Source: Leucoraja erinacea
Taxonomy: Eukaryota
DNA length: 64,000 nucleotides
Direction of reading: 5' to 3'
Assembly: GCF_028641065.1 (NCBI RefSeq)
Contig: NC_073387.1
Coordinates: 29,884,001 to 29,948,000, forward strand
Shown here: positions 62,675 to 64,000 of the stretch, in pieces
Layout: each line of letters starts with the position of its first letter
Numbering within the stretch: the stretch's first letter is position 1
Notes under the pieces: generated by a model
The model's input: the letters and a program-made list of their open reading frames with translations, nothing else
Database searches by the model: none
What the model was told of the DNA's origin: nothing
Made by a program: the position numbers and the translations under genes

Positions 62675-63062
62675 CCCTCCGCTCCCACCCTCATTGTATA
62701 GATCAAACTCGGACTGATGTCTCATTAATCTTTACTATCTTTACTTCAATTTGTGTCTATCTGTGATTCCACACCGCTGCTTGGAAGTATGCCGCGCCTG
62801 CGCGCTGGGTGGGTTCTTCACGTAATCCCTCATCGTAACTCCTCATAAAATACAGATCAAGCTTCGTACTGGTAAGTACTCATCCCTGTAATCTCACAAT
62901 AAAATTAAATCTGCAAAACTCGGCCTGCAGTTAACATAATGTTCATTATCTTACATCTTTTACATGGAATATCAAAATCACAATCACAATACAAAACTTG
63001 TTAGCCAAGTATGTTAATTGCAACTGACTCACGCAAAGTGCAATTCCCTACATGGAATATAT

Positions 63063-63800
63063 CAAAATCACAATCACAATAAAACTTTGTTAGCCAAGTA
63101 TGTTTTGCAACATACGAGGAATTTCATTTGCCAAGTCAGTCATACAAATAAAAAGCAATAGAACACACAAAACGCATTTTAACATAAACATCAATCACAG
63201 TGACTCCTCCACATGGAAGGTGAAAAAAAGTTCAATCTCTTCCCTTTGCTCTTCTGCGGTTGGAGGCCTCGAGCCTCCGTTGACGGGACAATCTTGACTC
63301 CCGTAGTCGGCGGCGTTTTGGCCCTCCGCGTTGGGGCGATCAGCTCTCACATCGGGGGATGTCAGCTCCCCATGCTGGCCGATTGAACCCCGCTTCGGGG
63401 CTGGTCGAGCCTCTGCGTTCGTTGGAGCTCCCGATACCCACGGCCTCTCCCGAGACTGTGAGCTCCCGATGTAGAGTCCGCAGGCCACGGTTGGAGTAAT
63501 CCCAGGCAAGGGATTCCGATTCCGATGTTAAGTCCATGCCGTGCGGTGGGGCCCAAGGTCAGTCCAAGGAGGCCTCCAGCTCCATCGATGGTAGGCTGCC
63601 GAGTGACCGTAGTCACGATCCGGAAAGTAATCGCATCTCAGGCAGGTAAGAAACCGAAAAAAGGTTTCCCCCACCCCTCCCCCTACATAAAACAAACCAG
63701 AGAACATTTACACAAACTTTAAACACACACTAAATTTTTTTAAAAGACGAAAAAACAGACAGACTGTTGGCGGGGCTGTCAATCGTGTGGCGCCCCAGGT
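63063..63800 (-). mobile_element. Non-autonomous GC-rich retroposon with Rex1-like 3' tail; related copy at ~1415-2145
   Basis: Shared 5' end ggcgcca...gccaacagtctgtctgt, internal GAGCTCC-rich units, and a minus-strand (attgtg)n tail. Confidence 0.65.
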
Positions 63801-64000
63801 GAAAAAACATGCAGTAAAGGATCCACAAGCATTGGTCAGGTGTACTTGATCCCTGTACGGTAAAGTACATAAAATGGCAACCAGTCATTGCACCTCCAAT
63901 GATTATGCTTCAGTGCAGCTTTAGAAGTCGTACCTACAACGCATTGCAAGAATGAATATCAAAAACAGAATAAAAACAAATTCAACAATTCCTTTCCGCT

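Larger units (their letters stand above)
58091..62897 (+). mobile_element. DIRS-type tyrosine-recombinase retrotransposon, apparently intact (copy 1)
   Basis: Three uninterrupted ORFs (gag, RT/RH/MT, YR). Inverted repeat 58117-58152 vs 62789-62824. ICR at 62562-62674 is complementary to both the 5' end (ttttacttcggagtcacgtgagtgactac) and the 3' end. No TSD. The last ~15 nt deviate slightly from the ICR prediction. Confidence 0.95.

Overview
Repeat-saturated, non-coding eukaryotic DNA. The repeat repertoire (CR1 LINEs, V-SINE-type SINEs, Penelope termini, Tx1, Rex1/Babar) suggests a cartilaginous fish such as a skate or ray; this is inference. No host protein-coding exon could be supported, and there is a 324-N gap at 47452-47775. 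Main contents: (1) an apparently intact DIRS tyrosine-recombinase retrotransposon (58091-~62897) with gag, RT-RNaseH-methyltransferase and YR ORFs, inverted terminal repeats (ITRs) and an internal complementary region (ICR); (2) a diverged, 5'-truncated second DIRS (~26000-30115); (3) a full-length decayed minus-strand Gypsy LTR element (40735-46716) with nested CR1 and MITE; (4) many CR1, Rex1/Babar, Tx1 and Penelope fragments, SINEs and MITEs. Most notable signals: splice sites conserved between the two DIRS families that would join the pol start (ATG GAG) in frame to the recombinase ORF and would also skip gag, i.e. a putative three-product alternative-splicing scheme; a 13-bp LTR/PBS complementarity with no tRNA PBS, suggesting self-priming in a Mag-like Gypsy; short TSD-flanked, sometimes palindromic Penelope-end insertions carrying minimal hammerhead-like motifs; and an 88-bp target-site duplication. 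Most repeat boundaries are approximate and were read by eye.
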